A stretch of 36,634 nucleotides of DNA from a virus (lineage: Duplodnaviria; Caudoviricetes): positions 1 to 36,634 of IMG/VR virus record IMGVR_UViG_3300037991_005821; one strand, given 5' to 3'. This document shows, piece after piece, positions 16,371 to 24,183 of this stretch. Numbering within the stretch: the first letter of the stretch is position 1; each line of letters starts with the position of its first letter. Below the pieces are notes generated by a model, which was not told the DNA's origin, did not search any database, and saw only the letters and a list, made by a program, of their open reading frames with translations. A program made the position numbers and the translations under genes.

Positions 16371-16515
16371 GCCAGATAAAGATCATTACATAGAAGAATT
16401 AGAAGGTTTAATTAAATATCAATTCGCTTATAATCTTATGATGAAATACTGGAGTTATATTCCTGATGAAGATAAGCAAGAAGTTGATAGAGAATTAAAA
16501 AAGATGGGTTTATAA
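16363..16515 (+). CDS. 50-aa hypothetical protein (not in ORF track)
   Basis: GGAG SD; MSKPDKDHYIEELEGLIKY... Confidence 0.65.
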   Translation: MSKPDKDHYIEELEGLIKYQFAYNLMMKYWSYIPDEDKQEVDRELKKMGL

Positions 16516-16521
16516 ATAACA

Positions 16522-16704
16522 ATGGAGAATAAAATGACAAATAAAAAGCAAATAAACAAGGTTAGCAAAGCAGAATGTGAAGATGCTTTGGATTATTTTT
16601 GGCAAACTATGGATTTAGATTGCGAATCTGATAAGGTTCTTTATACAAAAATATTAATGAAAAAAGTAGCAAATTATTGTAATATAAAGTTGGAGGGAAT
16701 TTAA
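16522..16704 (+). CDS. Hypothetical protein (about 56-60 aa)
   Basis: Operon packing; probable start at the second Met after GGAG. Confidence 0.65.
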   Translation: MENKMTNKKQINKVSKAECEDALDYFWQTMDLDCESDKVLYTKILMKKVANYCNIKLEGI

Positions 16705-16705
16705 A

Positions 16706-17143
16706 ATGACAAATAAAAAAGAAAGTATATATAATAAATTATATAAAGTCCAGAGTGAGATTGGGGCAATCAGTAAAGATTCTACTAACCCATTCTACAA
16801 ATCAAAGTATTTTGATATAAATTCCTTAATTAAACAAGTTACCCCTATACTAGAAAAACATAAGCTATTATTATTGCAACCTATTAAAGATGGCGAGCAA
16901 TATAGTATTATATTTGATTTAGATGGTGGCTCTGTTGAATCATCATTAAAACTACCTACTGATTTAGATGCACAAAAAATAGGATCAGCAATAACATATT
17001 ACAGAAGATATACATTACAATCATTATTAGGGTTACAAGCAGAAGATGATGATGGTAATGTTGCATCAGGTAAACATAACTACAAAAAAGGCACAAACGA
17101 AGGCAATATATCTAGTTTTGAGTCTGATGGGTTTGGAGTATAG
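16706..17143 (+). CDS. erf: ERF-family ssDNA annealing protein
   Basis: NPFYKSKY and AQKIGSAITYYRRYTLQSLLGLQAEDDDGN signatures. Confidence 0.9.
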   Translation: MTNKKESIYNKLYKVQSEIGAISKDSTNPFYKSKYFDINSLIKQVTPILEKHKLLLLQPIKDGEQYSIIFDLDGGSVESSLKLPTDLDAQKIGSAITYYRRYTLQSLLGLQAEDDDGNVASGKHNYKKGTNEGNISSFESDGFGV

Positions 17144-17152
17144 TATGGTAGA

Positions 17153-17650
17153 TTGGATAATATTTTTTGGAATAATAATAATAGCAGGAACACTAGCAAC
17201 AGAACTATGAACCATACTGAAAATTATAATAAAAGAAATGCTTTTGATTTAGCTGAGAATAAGTGTGTTGAGTTTTTAGAAAATAAAGGGATTGATTACA
17301 GAAGATTGGGATTTGAACAAAACAATGATCCAATACCAGTTAAAGACTTTATAAAGATTCCTAACACATTAAGAAGTATGCCTGACTTTATAATTTTTCA
17401 AAGTGTTCCTGTATTTGTAGAGGTCAAAGGTTGTAAGGATATACTAAGGCTCAAGGACTCAGATACAATGTCTTACAAGTTCTGGAGTAAACTTCTCCCA
17501 CTAACACTATTTGTATATTCAAGCACCTTTGACTCTTACAAACTTATACCTTTAAAAAAGATTTTAGAATTGCTACCTTACTGCGAAACAGATAGGTATC
17601 ATGATAATAATAAGTTATATTATAAAATAAAATGGGAAATGATAAAATGA
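17153..17650 (+). CDS. PD-(D/E)xK nuclease
   Basis: RSMPDFII...FVEVKG; the true start may be the internal Met (MNHTENY). Confidence 0.75.
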   Translation: MDNIFWNNNNSRNTSNRTMNHTENYNKRNAFDLAENKCVEFLENKGIDYRRLGFEQNNDPIPVKDFIKIPNTLRSMPDFIIFQSVPVFVEVKGCKDILRLKDSDTMSYKFWSKLLPLTLFVYSSTFDSYKLIPLKKILELLPYCETDRYHDNNKLYYKIKWEMIK

Positions 17651-17826
17651 TAAAAGAAATGAAATGTCATATCAATGACGAGTTCTACTTCTTCCTTAAT
17701 TGGTTAGCAGATGAGAAATCATTTAGTGCTAGAGAGATTGCTGAAGTTGCTAGATACTACTGGAAGTATGAAAAACAATGGAAACAATATTTAGAGGAGG
17801 TGTCAGATGCAATCGAGTGTTACTGA
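17632..17826 (+). CDS. Hypothetical protein
   Basis: Operon packing. Confidence 0.6.
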   Translation: MGNDKMIKEMKCHINDEFYFFLNWLADEKSFSAREIAEVARYYWKYEKQWKQYLEEVSDAIECY

Positions 17827-17974
17827 TTTTTATGAAGAAGAATGGTATAGTATTTGTTGTAATGCACCACCATTATATGAACTTTGTATAGATACTAGTG
17901 TTCCCCTGCAGATTGGATTATGTATGAATTGTAGAGATCATTCAGTATTCGAGTTAGACAATGAGAGTGAGTGA
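17807..17974 (+). CDS. Small zinc-ribbon protein (55 aa; not in ORF track)
   Basis: GAGGAGG SD; SICCNAP...CMNCRDH. Confidence 0.7.
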   Translation: MQSSVTDFYEEEWYSICCNAPPLYELCIDTSVPLQIGLCMNCRDHSVFELDNESE

Positions 17975-18122
17975 GTATATAAATTGGATTACAAGAACAG
18001 ATATCGGTATGGCTGTAAATCCTAAGCCTTATGATTATACTCACCTAACACCAAAAATGTTAGATAAAAGGGCAAGATATTTGTATCAATGTAAGTTAAA
18101 AGGGAAAAAACCAGTAAAATGA
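17961..18122 (+). CDS. 53-aa hypothetical protein (not in ORF track)
   Basis: MRVSEYINWITRTDIG...; overlaps both neighbours. Confidence 0.55.
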   Translation: MRVSEYINWITRTDIGMAVNPKPYDYTHLTPKMLDKRARYLYQCKLKGKKPVK

Positions 18123-18188
18123 AATTAGAATATTATAGATGCAGTAAATGTAAAAAACAATGTCATAATAAAAGGACTTGTAAAAAAT

Positions 18189-18629
18189 ATGATAAAAGAC
18201 AATATGCACAGAACTAAAGAAGGCATTAAAAAAAAATTAGAGAGAGATAGGGATAGGATTAATTGTCCAATTTATTTAAACAGAAGAAAAGAATTGCACA
18301 AAAAAGATCCAAGAATAAGAATGAGAGAGGGAGCAAGAAGAAGAGCAATAAAGAAAAATCTTGCTTTTGAATTATATACATATAAAGATGTTCCTAAAAT
18401 TCCTAAACATTGTCCAATTTACAAAATTCCTTTATTTGTAGGAGTTGGTGTTGCAACAGACAATTCTCCTTCTTTGGATAGAATAGATAATGATAAAGGT
18501 TATATAAAGGGAAATTTGCAAATTATATCAAGAAAAGCAAATCAAATGAAAAGTAATGGAAATTTTAAAGATATAGAAATGTTATATAAATACATGAAAA
18601 AACAAAGGAGAAAGAATGTCAAACTATGA
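18189..18629 (+). CDS. HNH-family endonuclease
   Basis: CPIYKIPL...SPSLDRIDNDKGYIKGNLQIISRKANQMK. Confidence 0.8.
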   Translation: MIKDNMHRTKEGIKKKLERDRDRINCPIYLNRRKELHKKDPRIRMREGARRRAIKKNLAFELYTYKDVPKIPKHCPIYKIPLFVGVGVATDNSPSLDRIDNDKGYIKGNLQIISRKANQMKSNGNFKDIEMLYKYMKKQRRKNVKL

Positions 18630-18879
18630 TAATAATAATACTGGTGTATTATTTAGACAAACTGACAAACAAAGTGATAAACATCCAGACTTTACAGGCA
18701 ACTGCGAAGTTAATGGTAAAAAAATGCAAATTGCATCTTGGATTAATACTTCTAAAGATGGTTCTAAAAAATATATGAGCCTTAAATTTAGTGAGTTTAA
18801 GCCAAAAGAAGAATCTGTTAGTGCATCAAACACAGATAGTGTAAGTGCTACAGGTAGTGTGGATGAGATCCCATTCTAA
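18616..18879 (+). CDS. Phage ssDNA-binding protein (DUF736-like)
   Basis: GVLF...KHPDFTG...ASW...YMSL and an SSB-type acidic tail DEIPF. Confidence 0.7.
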   Translation: MSNYDNNNTGVLFRQTDKQSDKHPDFTGNCEVNGKKMQIASWINTSKDGSKKYMSLKFSEFKPKEESVSASNTDSVSATGSVDEIPF

Positions 18880-19043
18880 TGAACGACAAGAAGTGCAAAA
18901 TGTGTAATGTTGTTTTAAGCAAATTAAATGCAAAAAAATATAATGGGTATTATAATTCCTATTGTAAAAAATGTGATGCTAAAAAACAAAGAGCATATTA
19001 TGCTGAAAGAAAAAAGAAACAACAAGCGAGTAAGTGGTTTTGA
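18879..19043 (+). CDS. Small CxxC-CxxC zinc finger (54 aa; not in ORF track)
   Basis: KKCKMC...SYCKKC; TAATG and TGATG coupling. Confidence 0.7.
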   Translation: MNDKKCKMCNVVLSKLNAKKYNGYYNSYCKKCDAKKQRAYYAERKKKQQASKWF

Positions 19044-19522
19044 TGTTTCTTGAAGTCAAAGTAAGAGTGAATGGCGAGGAGAAATGGGTTGATGCTCGAA
19101 AGTTTTTTGATTACTTAGTCAAAGAATATAGCAAGGTTAGCTATCAAGGAAAGAGTGTTGACCCATATCCTGATAGAGTTAATAAGTTTTTTGATGAAAT
19201 GCCTGAAGAATTGATTGATATGTGGAGTAAAGCATATCCAAATGTAAATATAAAAGCAGAATGCGAGAAAGCCAGAGCATGGCTTCTTACAAACACTAAT
19301 AAAGCTAAAAAAGATTTTAAAGGGTTTACTAATCGTTGGCTTGGTAGAGCCTGTAATAATGGTGGGCAAACTATTATAAAAGTTGATAAGATTTATGAAC
19401 AACAACAAAGACAAGTGGAATATCAAAGAGAAATGGAAAAGAATAGTGCTACTGATGAAGAAAGAGAAGAAGCAATTAAATCAATTAAAGAAATGTTAAA
19501 AAAGAGAAGAATAAATGGATAA
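19034..19522 (+). CDS. Putative replication initiator / replisome-organiser-like protein
   Basis: WSKAYPNVNIKAECEKARAWL...KKDFKGFTNRWL resembles the C-terminal domain of phage initiators; probable start at ATG 19043. Confidence 0.55.
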   Translation: MVLMFLEVKVRVNGEEKWVDARKFFDYLVKEYSKVSYQGKSVDPYPDRVNKFFDEMPEELIDMWSKAYPNVNIKAECEKARAWLLTNTNKAKKDFKGFTNRWLGRACNNGGQTIIKVDKIYEQQQRQVEYQREMEKNSATDEEREEAIKSIKEMLKKRRING

Positions 19523-19730
19523 AGATACAAGAGAGTTAATAGAAGAAGCTAGGTTCAATTTAGAAATTGCTAGAAAAGATAATGAAGTTTTAAATAAAAA
19601 AATAAGTATTGCAATTCAAGGCTTAGAAGTCATAATTTCTATGGGCGACTCAATGATTGAATCAGTTGCTCAACAAACACTTCAAGAAATGCAGAATTGT
19701 GATCAAAATTCATCACAGGAAGAAGAATAA
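19515..19730 (+). CDS. Hypothetical protein (71 aa)
   Basis: Operon packing. Confidence 0.6.
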   Translation: MDKDTRELIEEARFNLEIARKDNEVLNKKISIAIQGLEVIISMGDSMIESVAQQTLQEMQNCDQNSSQEEE

Positions 19731-19786
19731 AGATAGTCGGATTTTTATTTTTTAAATGAGTATGTCAATCTCATCTGTGATGATAT

Positions 19787-19886
19787 GGGAGTTTTGGAAC
19801 ATAAGGTTCTTATTTTAATAGGGGGTTGCAAGTCCTCCTTTCATTTTATTCCCCCTTATGCAGAGGTTCGATTCCTCTGACTCCCA
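19787..19886 (+). ncRNA. tRNA-like RNA (canonical acceptor and T arms, non-canonical body)
   Basis: 7-bp GGGAGTT/GACTCCC acceptor stem plus discriminator A; T arm AGAGG-TTCGATT-CCTCT; no encoded CCA; 100 nt. Confidence 0.7.
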
Positions 19887-19907
19887 CAAACATAACAAGG
19901 AGAAAAA

Positions 19908-19994
19908 ATGTCCTCATCAGATATATTACTCTACCTTCTTATGATAGTAATAGCGATAGTCATGTATAGGAGTCATAATGAACAGAAGCGATAA
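19908..19994 (+). CDS. 28-aa single-TM peptide (not in ORF track)
   Basis: AAGGAG SD; MSSSDILLYLLMIVIAIVMYRSHNEQKR. Confidence 0.65.
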   Translation: MSSSDILLYLLMIVIAIVMYRSHNEQKR

Positions 19995-20187
19995 AGATAT
20001 GATTATAAAACTATACAAAAATATGTATTTTTATTATCTTGAGAATGTAGGCAAAAGATCAGAAATAACAGGTATGTTAATAACCCCAAGAAGAATATCC
20101 AGAGTATTAGAAAGAATTTTAGAATTAGGTGGAGAAATTCCAACCGAGCCTTATGAAGTGTGTTGGGAAGAAATCACTAAAGTGTAA
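19978..20187 (+). CDS. Hypothetical protein (69 aa)
   Basis: AGGAG SD. Confidence 0.7.
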   Translation: MNRSDKDMIIKLYKNMYFYYLENVGKRSEITGMLITPRRISRVLERILELGGEIPTEPYEVCWEEITKV

Positions 20188-20362
20188 ATGTTGTTGTGAA
20201 TGGAAATATCATGCTCCATTCTATGAGTGGTATTCAATGGTTACAAAAGAGTTTATAGGCACTATTTGTCATAAATGTGCTATAAGAGAATTATTTGGAA
20301 CAAATTTCAAAGCAAATAAAAGGTATCATAGATGGTTAGAAAAAGTAAAAAAGTTATGGTAA
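20129..20362 (+). CDS. Small Cys-rich protein (putative zinc finger)
   Basis: CKCC...ICHKC; start position uncertain. Confidence 0.6.
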   Translation: MEKFQPSLMKCVGKKSLKCKCCCEWKYHAPFYEWYSMVTKEFIGTICHKCAIRELFGTNFKANKRYHRWLEKVKKLW

Positions 20363-20363
20363 T

Positions 20364-21026
20364 ATGAAGGTATTAGAATTGTTTGCAGGTTCTAGGAGTT
20401 TTAGCAAAGTTGCTGAAGAATTTGGATATGAAACTTATACTACTGACATAGAGCCATTTGAAAAAATAAATCAAGTTTGTAGTATATTTGATTTTAATAT
20501 CGACAAAATGTTGGATGAATTTGGTGCACCTGATATTATATGGGCATCTCCACCTTGCACAACATTTAGTGTTGCAAGCATAGGACATCATTGGAAAGGG
20601 GGAAATAGAGCATACATACCCAAAACAAAAGAAGCTGAAATTGGAATAAAAATAATTGAAGAAACTAATTGGCTTATTAAAATGTTAAATCCAAAATATT
20701 TTTATATTGAAAATCCAAGAGGGTTGTTAAGGAAATTACCTGTAATAACTAAAGAAAACTACATAAGGCATACGATTTGGTATTGTCAATACCATAACCC
20801 TGAAAAAGATAAAGTAAAAAGAGCAAAGCCAACTGACATATGGACTAATGATTATAAATGGAAGCCTAAGCCTGTATGCAAAAATGGTAATCCTGATTGT
20901 AATCATGAAAGAGCTCCAAGAGGAAGTAGGACAGGAACTCAAGGTTTGAAAGATAATTATGAAAGGAGTAAAGTTCCCTATGAGTTATGCAAAGATATAA
21001 TAAAAAATATTGAGAAAAATTTATGA
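20364..21026 (+). CDS. DNA cytosine-C5 methyltransferase (short phage type)
   Basis: Motif I LELFAGS, motif IV ASPPC, motif VI IENP. Confidence 0.88.
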   Translation: MKVLELFAGSRSFSKVAEEFGYETYTTDIEPFEKINQVCSIFDFNIDKMLDEFGAPDIIWASPPCTTFSVASIGHHWKGGNRAYIPKTKEAEIGIKIIEETNWLIKMLNPKYFYIENPRGLLRKLPVITKENYIRHTIWYCQYHNPEKDKVKRAKPTDIWTNDYKWKPKPVCKNGNPDCNHERAPRGSRTGTQGLKDNYERSKVPYELCKDIIKNIEKNL

Positions 21027-21163
21027 TTTGTAGTAAATGTAAAAAACAATTTAGAAAAAAAATGCTTGATGAAGCAGATGAAGCATTATTAAGATATAAT
21101 AAGAAGTTAAAAAAAATAATAAGGAAAGTTAAAAATGACACATCCAAGCAAACAAAAAGGTAA
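21023..21163 (+). CDS. 46-aa basic CxxC peptide (not in ORF track)
   Basis: ATGA overlap; MICSKCKKQFRKK... Confidence 0.5.
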   Translation: MICSKCKKQFRKKMLDEADEALLRYNKKLKKIIRKVKNDTSKQTKR

Positions 21164-21461
21164 TAGATTTGAAAGGTTGATTGTAGATAAAGCACAATCT
21201 TATGGGGTAGGTGCAGAAAGAGCTTGGGGTTCTAATGGTAGAGCTTTGGGTATGCACGAAGAAGTTGATGTTTTGCTTGAAGGCGATTTAAGAATACAGG
21301 CTAAATGTCGCAAAAAGATAGCAGAATGGCTAAAACCTTCAGAGGTTGTAGATGCAGTAGTAGTTAAGGAAGATCGTGGCGAAACCTACATTATAATTAG
21401 ATATGATGAATTTTTAGATGATTACAAGAAATTTTTAGAGTGGAAAGAAAATGAAAAATAG
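21135..21461 (+). CDS. Holliday junction resolvase (Hjc-like PD-(D/E)xK)
   Basis: SKQKGNRFER...VDV...IQAK. Confidence 0.75.
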   Translation: MTHPSKQKGNRFERLIVDKAQSYGVGAERAWGSNGRALGMHEEVDVLLEGDLRIQAKCRKKIAEWLKPSEVVDAVVVKEDRGETYIIIRYDEFLDDYKKFLEWKENEK

Positions 21462-22296
21462 TGATGTTTTTAAAAAATATGCTAAAGGTGATATAGATGC
21501 ACCATTAAAAGTAATATCTTTAGGTATGGGTGTACAATCAACTGCATTATATTTAATGAGCAGTATAGGTTATAAAGTTCCTAGGGCAGATTATGCTATA
21601 TTCGCTGATCCTCAAGCAGAACATTATAAAACTTATAAATTATTAGATTGGCTCTTAGACTGGAAAGAAAAGAATAATGGCATTGAAATTATAATTAATA
21701 GAGATAAAAATATATTAACAGATATATTAAAATCTCAAAATTCAAGAGGTGTAAAATGGACTACTATACCTGCTTTTAGTGAAAGTGGGGGTATGGTGAT
21801 GAGGCAATGCACAGGAGAGTATAAAATATGGAGTGTTCAACAATCTGTGAGAAGGCTTCATGGTCTTGAAAAAAAGAAAAGAATGAAAAGAACTGAAATG
21901 TGGCTAGGTATATCTATTGATGAAATAGAAAGAATGAAAGAATCAAGGATGTATAATATTAAGTATTTTTATCCTTTAATATATCATAATTTAACAAGAA
22001 AAGATTGCATTGAATTTTTTAAAGATAATAATTTTCCTGTGCCTGTTAAATCATCTTGCACATTTTGTCCATTCCACTCTAATGATTACTGGAAAGAGAT
22101 TCAAAAAGAAAATGGAAAGGCTTGGAAAGAAGCTGTTGCAGTTGATAGACAGATTAGAAACTCAACAAAGAAAGGCGATAAAGATAAATTATACATACAC
22201 AACTCTTGCAAACCATTAGAAGATATAGACTTTGATGATGGTCAATTAGAAATGTTTGAAGGTTTTAATTGTGATGAGGGTTATTGTGGATTATAG
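21451..22296 (+). CDS. PAPS-reductase-like / adenine nucleotide alpha-hydrolase family protein
   Basis: VISLGMGVQST PP-loop-like motif, IFADP, RQCTGEYKI, WLGISIDE, KSSCTFCPFH, C-terminal CDEGYC. Confidence 0.8.
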   Translation: MKNSDVFKKYAKGDIDAPLKVISLGMGVQSTALYLMSSIGYKVPRADYAIFADPQAEHYKTYKLLDWLLDWKEKNNGIEIIINRDKNILTDILKSQNSRGVKWTTIPAFSESGGMVMRQCTGEYKIWSVQQSVRRLHGLEKKKRMKRTEMWLGISIDEIERMKESRMYNIKYFYPLIYHNLTRKDCIEFFKDNNFPVPVKSSCTFCPFHSNDYWKEIQKENGKAWKEAVAVDRQIRNSTKKGDKDKLYIHNSCKPLEDIDFDDGQLEMFEGFNCDEGYCGL

Positions 22297-22297
22297 T

Positions 22298-23377
22298 TTA
22301 CCAAACCTCTCGAATCTTCAGAGAAATCTCATAACTCTTAAAAGCTACTTGCTTAACAGATAAAGAATCCATATCAAACTTTGCTATGCAGAATTGGTCT
22401 GGATTGTTATTAGTTGAATCAGGTTGAAATATGAAAGGTAGAGCACCTCCTAGTGTTTTATTCCACACTTGAGCTATAAAAGAATCATCTGTAAAAATAT
22501 TATAATTAAATTCATTCTCAGTTATATCATCAGAATCATAACCATCAGAGTTTTCTACATAATTACTTTTCATATAATTAGATGAAAATACATCAGAATC
22601 TGATATATGTGTAAATTTCATACTCCAAATTCTTCTACCATTTCTTTTGCATCCTGATGTAACATTTTCATAATAACTACCAACACCAAAAGGCATTATT
22701 TTTTCATTGTTATTTTCCCAGTATGGAGCACCTGTATTTCTTATATTTACTATCTCAGAACCACCAAGAGTTTGAACAGAGTCAAATCCTCCCATTTCAA
22801 CATTCATAGTTATGTCTAGGTCTGGAGAGTTGGGCATAGTAAACATTACTCCCATACTAATTGCACCTAAATCAATACTTTCTATAGCATCTTCACTAGA
22901 TATTCTAAAACCACCATATTTCATAGTTTCTGTGGGAACAAGATCAGTAAACATAATAGTAGTTCCATCACTAACTTGGCTGTTTGCTTGAAAGTTTAAA
23001 ACAGATGTTGGATTTTCTTCTATTTCAAATTGTCCATTTAAAGCATCTGCAAATGTCAATCCAGTTATGTTATAATTGTTTGTTCCAAGTCTGTGATTAA
23101 GTATTGCACAATAAAACTTCATATTATTAGAATAGTCTATATCTTTAAAGTTGTTTATTGAATCAGATTGCTGTCCAAGAGGTATGTAAAAATCTAAAGT
23201 ATTTCCATTGCCTTGATATGCTTTCGCTCTCATACCATCCAATCCAAAAGCAATATCATAATCATCTGGAAAGTTATCTCCTGATGTGTAAGTATCAAAT
23301 TCTAGTCCACTTGCTCTTAAATATCTATAATTGTCTATAAAAAATCTTGGTGATCCACCTACATTTTGATAAGCCAT
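22298..23377 (-). CDS. Tail tip / distal-tail-like structural protein (359 aa)
   Basis: Last gene of the tail operon; acidic and beta-rich. Confidence 0.55.
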   Translation of the reverse strand: MAYQNVGGSPRFFIDNYRYLRASGLEFDTYTSGDNFPDDYDIAFGLDGMRAKAYQGNGNTLDFYIPLGQQSDSINNFKDIDYSNNMKFYCAILNHRLGTNNYNITGLTFADALNGQFEIEENPTSVLNFQANSQVSDGTTIMFTDLVPTETMKYGGFRISSEDAIESIDLGAISMGVMFTMPNSPDLDITMNVEMGGFDSVQTLGGSEIVNIRNTGAPYWENNNEKIMPFGVGSYYENVTSGCKRNGRRIWSMKFTHISDSDVFSSNYMKSNYVENSDGYDSDDITENEFNYNIFTDDSFIAQVWNKTLGGALPFIFQPDSTNNNPDQFCIAKFDMDSLSVKQVAFKSYEISLKIREVW

Positions 23378-24183
23378 TAGTATTTACCCTCCTTTTTAAC
23401 AACTTTTGTTTTTGCAACAGATACAGGCTCTTGTTTCTTCATTGCAGGTTGTATTTTTTCAGTCTTTTTAGTAACTTGCACTTCTTGCAAATCTTTTTGT
23501 CTTAATGTTCTATTATACTTATTAGATAATTTTATTATTTTTTTTGTTACAGCTTTTCCTTTTGAAGGTGTTTTTGGATTAAGTAATGGAGCTGACTCAT
23601 TTGTTAATTGCTTTCCTGTAACATATAGTCTTTCTTTTGGATGATAGTTGTAATATCCAGAATATCCATTAGCAAATGGTATTCTTGTATGCAATCCTTT
23701 TATAGAGTCGTCATCTATTTGATTTTTATTTAAAGAAAATCTTATTGGCTCTATTTCTTCTTCTTCTAATAAAAGCAAACTATCATCTTCTAAGTTTGTT
23801 TTACTATGATTTATAAGTAAAGTTCTATTATTATCTGTTATACTGCATAAAAATAAATTATCACTAAAAGTTCTAACTTCTACACTTCTTATCTCTAAAT
23901 CTCCTATAAATGTAAATAATAAACCTTCATCTTTCAAAGTTCTTCCTAGCAAATTATAAATAAATATTTTGTTTTTAGTTATACTAATTCCATAGCCATC
24001 AGGAAGTTTATTATACACATTAATTAATCCTCGAAAGTTTATTGTAATAAATTTAACAATACCATCAGTATTTAATTTAACTTCATCATCAGTAATATTT
24101 ATATCTCCAAATGTAGGATTTGGAAGTATAGAATTAAAAATAACTTTTCCTAACTTTTTTATTGAGTTTATTTTATAGCTCAT
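23377..24183 (-). CDS. Tail-operon hypothetical protein (268 aa, basic C-terminus)
   Basis: Translationally coupled on both sides. Confidence 0.6.
   Translation of the reverse strand: MSYKINSIKKLGKVIFNSILPNPTFGDINITDDEVKLNTDGIVKFITINFRGLINVYNKLPDGYGISITKNKIFIYNLLGRTLKDEGLLFTFIGDLEIRSVEVRTFSDNLFLCSITDNNRTLLINHSKTNLEDDSLLLLEEEEIEPIRFSLNKNQIDDDSIKGLHTRIPFANGYSGYYNYHPKERLYVTGKQLTNESAPLLNPKTPSKGKAVTKKIIKLSNKYNRTLRQKDLQEVQVTKKTEKIQPAMKKQEPVSVAKTKVVKKEGKY

Noticed and set aside
19787-19886. Canonical tRNA-Cys or tRNA-Ala, or tmRNA
   Set aside because: D arm and spacing are non-canonical, the anticodon stem is weak, the extra region does not fold as a variable arm, there is no G3:U70 pair, and it is far too short for tmRNA
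17153-21026. Restriction-modification pair (PD-(D/E)xK nuclease plus C5 methyltransferase)
   Set aside because: The genes are about 2.7 kb apart, and the nuclease sits beside ERF, which fits a recombination role better
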